DNA of 64,000 nt, from assembly GCF_009914755.1 (NCBI RefSeq), contig NC_060928.1. One strand, given 5' to 3'. How positions within the stretch are numbered: position 1 is the first letter of the stretch; each line of letters starts with the position of its first letter. The notes under the pieces were generated by a model, which was not told the origin of the DNA, did no database searches, and was given only the letters and a program-made list of their open reading frames with translations. Shown here in pieces: positions 62,573-64,000 of the stretch. This DNA comes from the human T2T-CHM13v2.0 reference genome, Homo sapiens. A program made the position numbers and the translations under genes.

Positions 62573-64000
62573 ATGTGCCAGCTGGAAAGCTCTGGACTAG
62601 ACTATAGCCTGTACTTTGCTGAGTCAATGGAGGAAATGAGTGGATAAAGAAACATGGAGAATCTAGACAGGGTGGCTGAGTTCACACTGGAAAGGGAAGA
62701 GAGTTGCTGGTGGAAGCAATCTGGAAGGAGAGAGAAAATGGGCCAAGAAGTTTCAGATGCCTTTGGGAATGCATTTTAGAGAGACTGCCTTTTGTGGGGA
62801 GATTAGAATGGAGCAAAAAGAGACCTTGAGAACAGATGTTTTCTACTTATTTTGGGGTCCTAGCCCCTGTTAACATGACTGGGCCTCATGGTGACTTAGT
62901 TTTGTACAGGTAACTCTGGGAATTAGACATCAGGCCCCGAGAACTAGGTCAGGGGTTATCTGAGGATAGGCTGTTCGATACTGCTTTTCTTTCTGACATT
63001 GAAACGTTTTCTTTCTTTTCTTTTCCTTTTCTTCTTCTTTTTTTTTTTTTTTTTTTTGCCCCTAGATACCTCCCTGAGAAAGAACCATTTTCTTTAAATC
63101 AAGTTTATGTCATTGATTCTCACTTTCCTGGCAACAGCGCATTCTTTCTCAAGATAGTCCTCAGTCCGATAGGCAAATGAATTCCTGTAACATCTGCTTT
63201 ACTCATCTGGTGTCTGAGTCCTGGCTGTGTTACGGCTTAGGTGCCTGGTGGGCACTTTGGGGTCAACTGGTCAGCCACTTTTCCCACACTTATTACTCTG
63301 CCAAAGCTCAGTCTTTGCTTCACAAATTAAAATGCGGCATTGAGACGTTAAAAGGTCTTATTAACTTCCTTTAAGTTTAAAGTATTTCAGTATTCTTTAT
63401 AGTTTTTTCCTTTTCCTAACTATAATATTCCTCACTTCATCAAAGAAAGGAATTATTGAACAATCAATCAATAATTGTGATTCAAATTGTGTTGTGATTA
63501 AAAATACATTCTGCCTTGTTTCCCTTTACTTATAATTTTAGTTATGCTAGTCAGGGGTACTGCAGGAAGGGTGAGCTAACAAGCTTTCAGTAGGCCTAAT
63601 ATTCTGCCAGGCCGTTTCTTCCCAGCAGTTCACTCCTGGATTATTCAAGAAAAAGTTGCACATGGTTAACACTAAATAGTAAACTTGGCAGTGGCAGCTG
63701 TCAAAATGATTTGTAAAATCTTAGGTCCTGGAAATTAGGTTGTTCTTGCTGTGGTTTTCTTTGTGGCACTGTAAGATTTATTGAATGTAGTTAATACACT
63801 CAAATTTTTCTTCCTTTAGGAGTTGGTTGTTGGCATTAAGTTGAATGGAGAGGTAATAATTTAGGAGACAACAATAGAATTTAAGCATCCTTGACAAAGA
63901 CCTATGTCATTGTCAAGCTGAGGTGAAAAGACAAAGGGGAAAATTGAAAACAGGGAGCAAAGGAATGTGAACACACTTAAGAAGGAAGGAGCAACATATC

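Overview
This is primate (most likely human) nuclear DNA dominated by interspersed repeats. I find no intact cellular protein-coding gene, RNA gene or CRISPR array, and every credible ORF is a decayed transposable-element fragment. Bases 1-14.8 kb are an old L1PB-like LINE whose ORF1 is split by two insertions: a full-length L1PA6-like element apparently carrying a ~0.7 kb 3' transduction, and a complete THE1 MaLR provirus. Bases 20.4-30.4 kb are a MER4-group ERV remnant whose LTR is split by a two-LTR Harlequin/LTR2 mosaic provirus (TSD TCAT). The rest holds solo LTRs (LTR8-, LTR10-, MER4-, MER41A-, LTR22-, MER39-, MER34- and LTR12-like), a HERV16-like remnant, a full-length Hsmar2 mariner fossil, a Tigger3a-like element, L2/MIR relics and many Alus with readable TSDs. 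I see no evidence of a new coding system. The best leads are the L1 3' transduction, several local templated or fold-back insertions, and an LTR12 promoter pointing into an inverted Alu pair. Family names come from recalled consensus sequences, not database searches, and boundaries without a quoted TSD are approximate.
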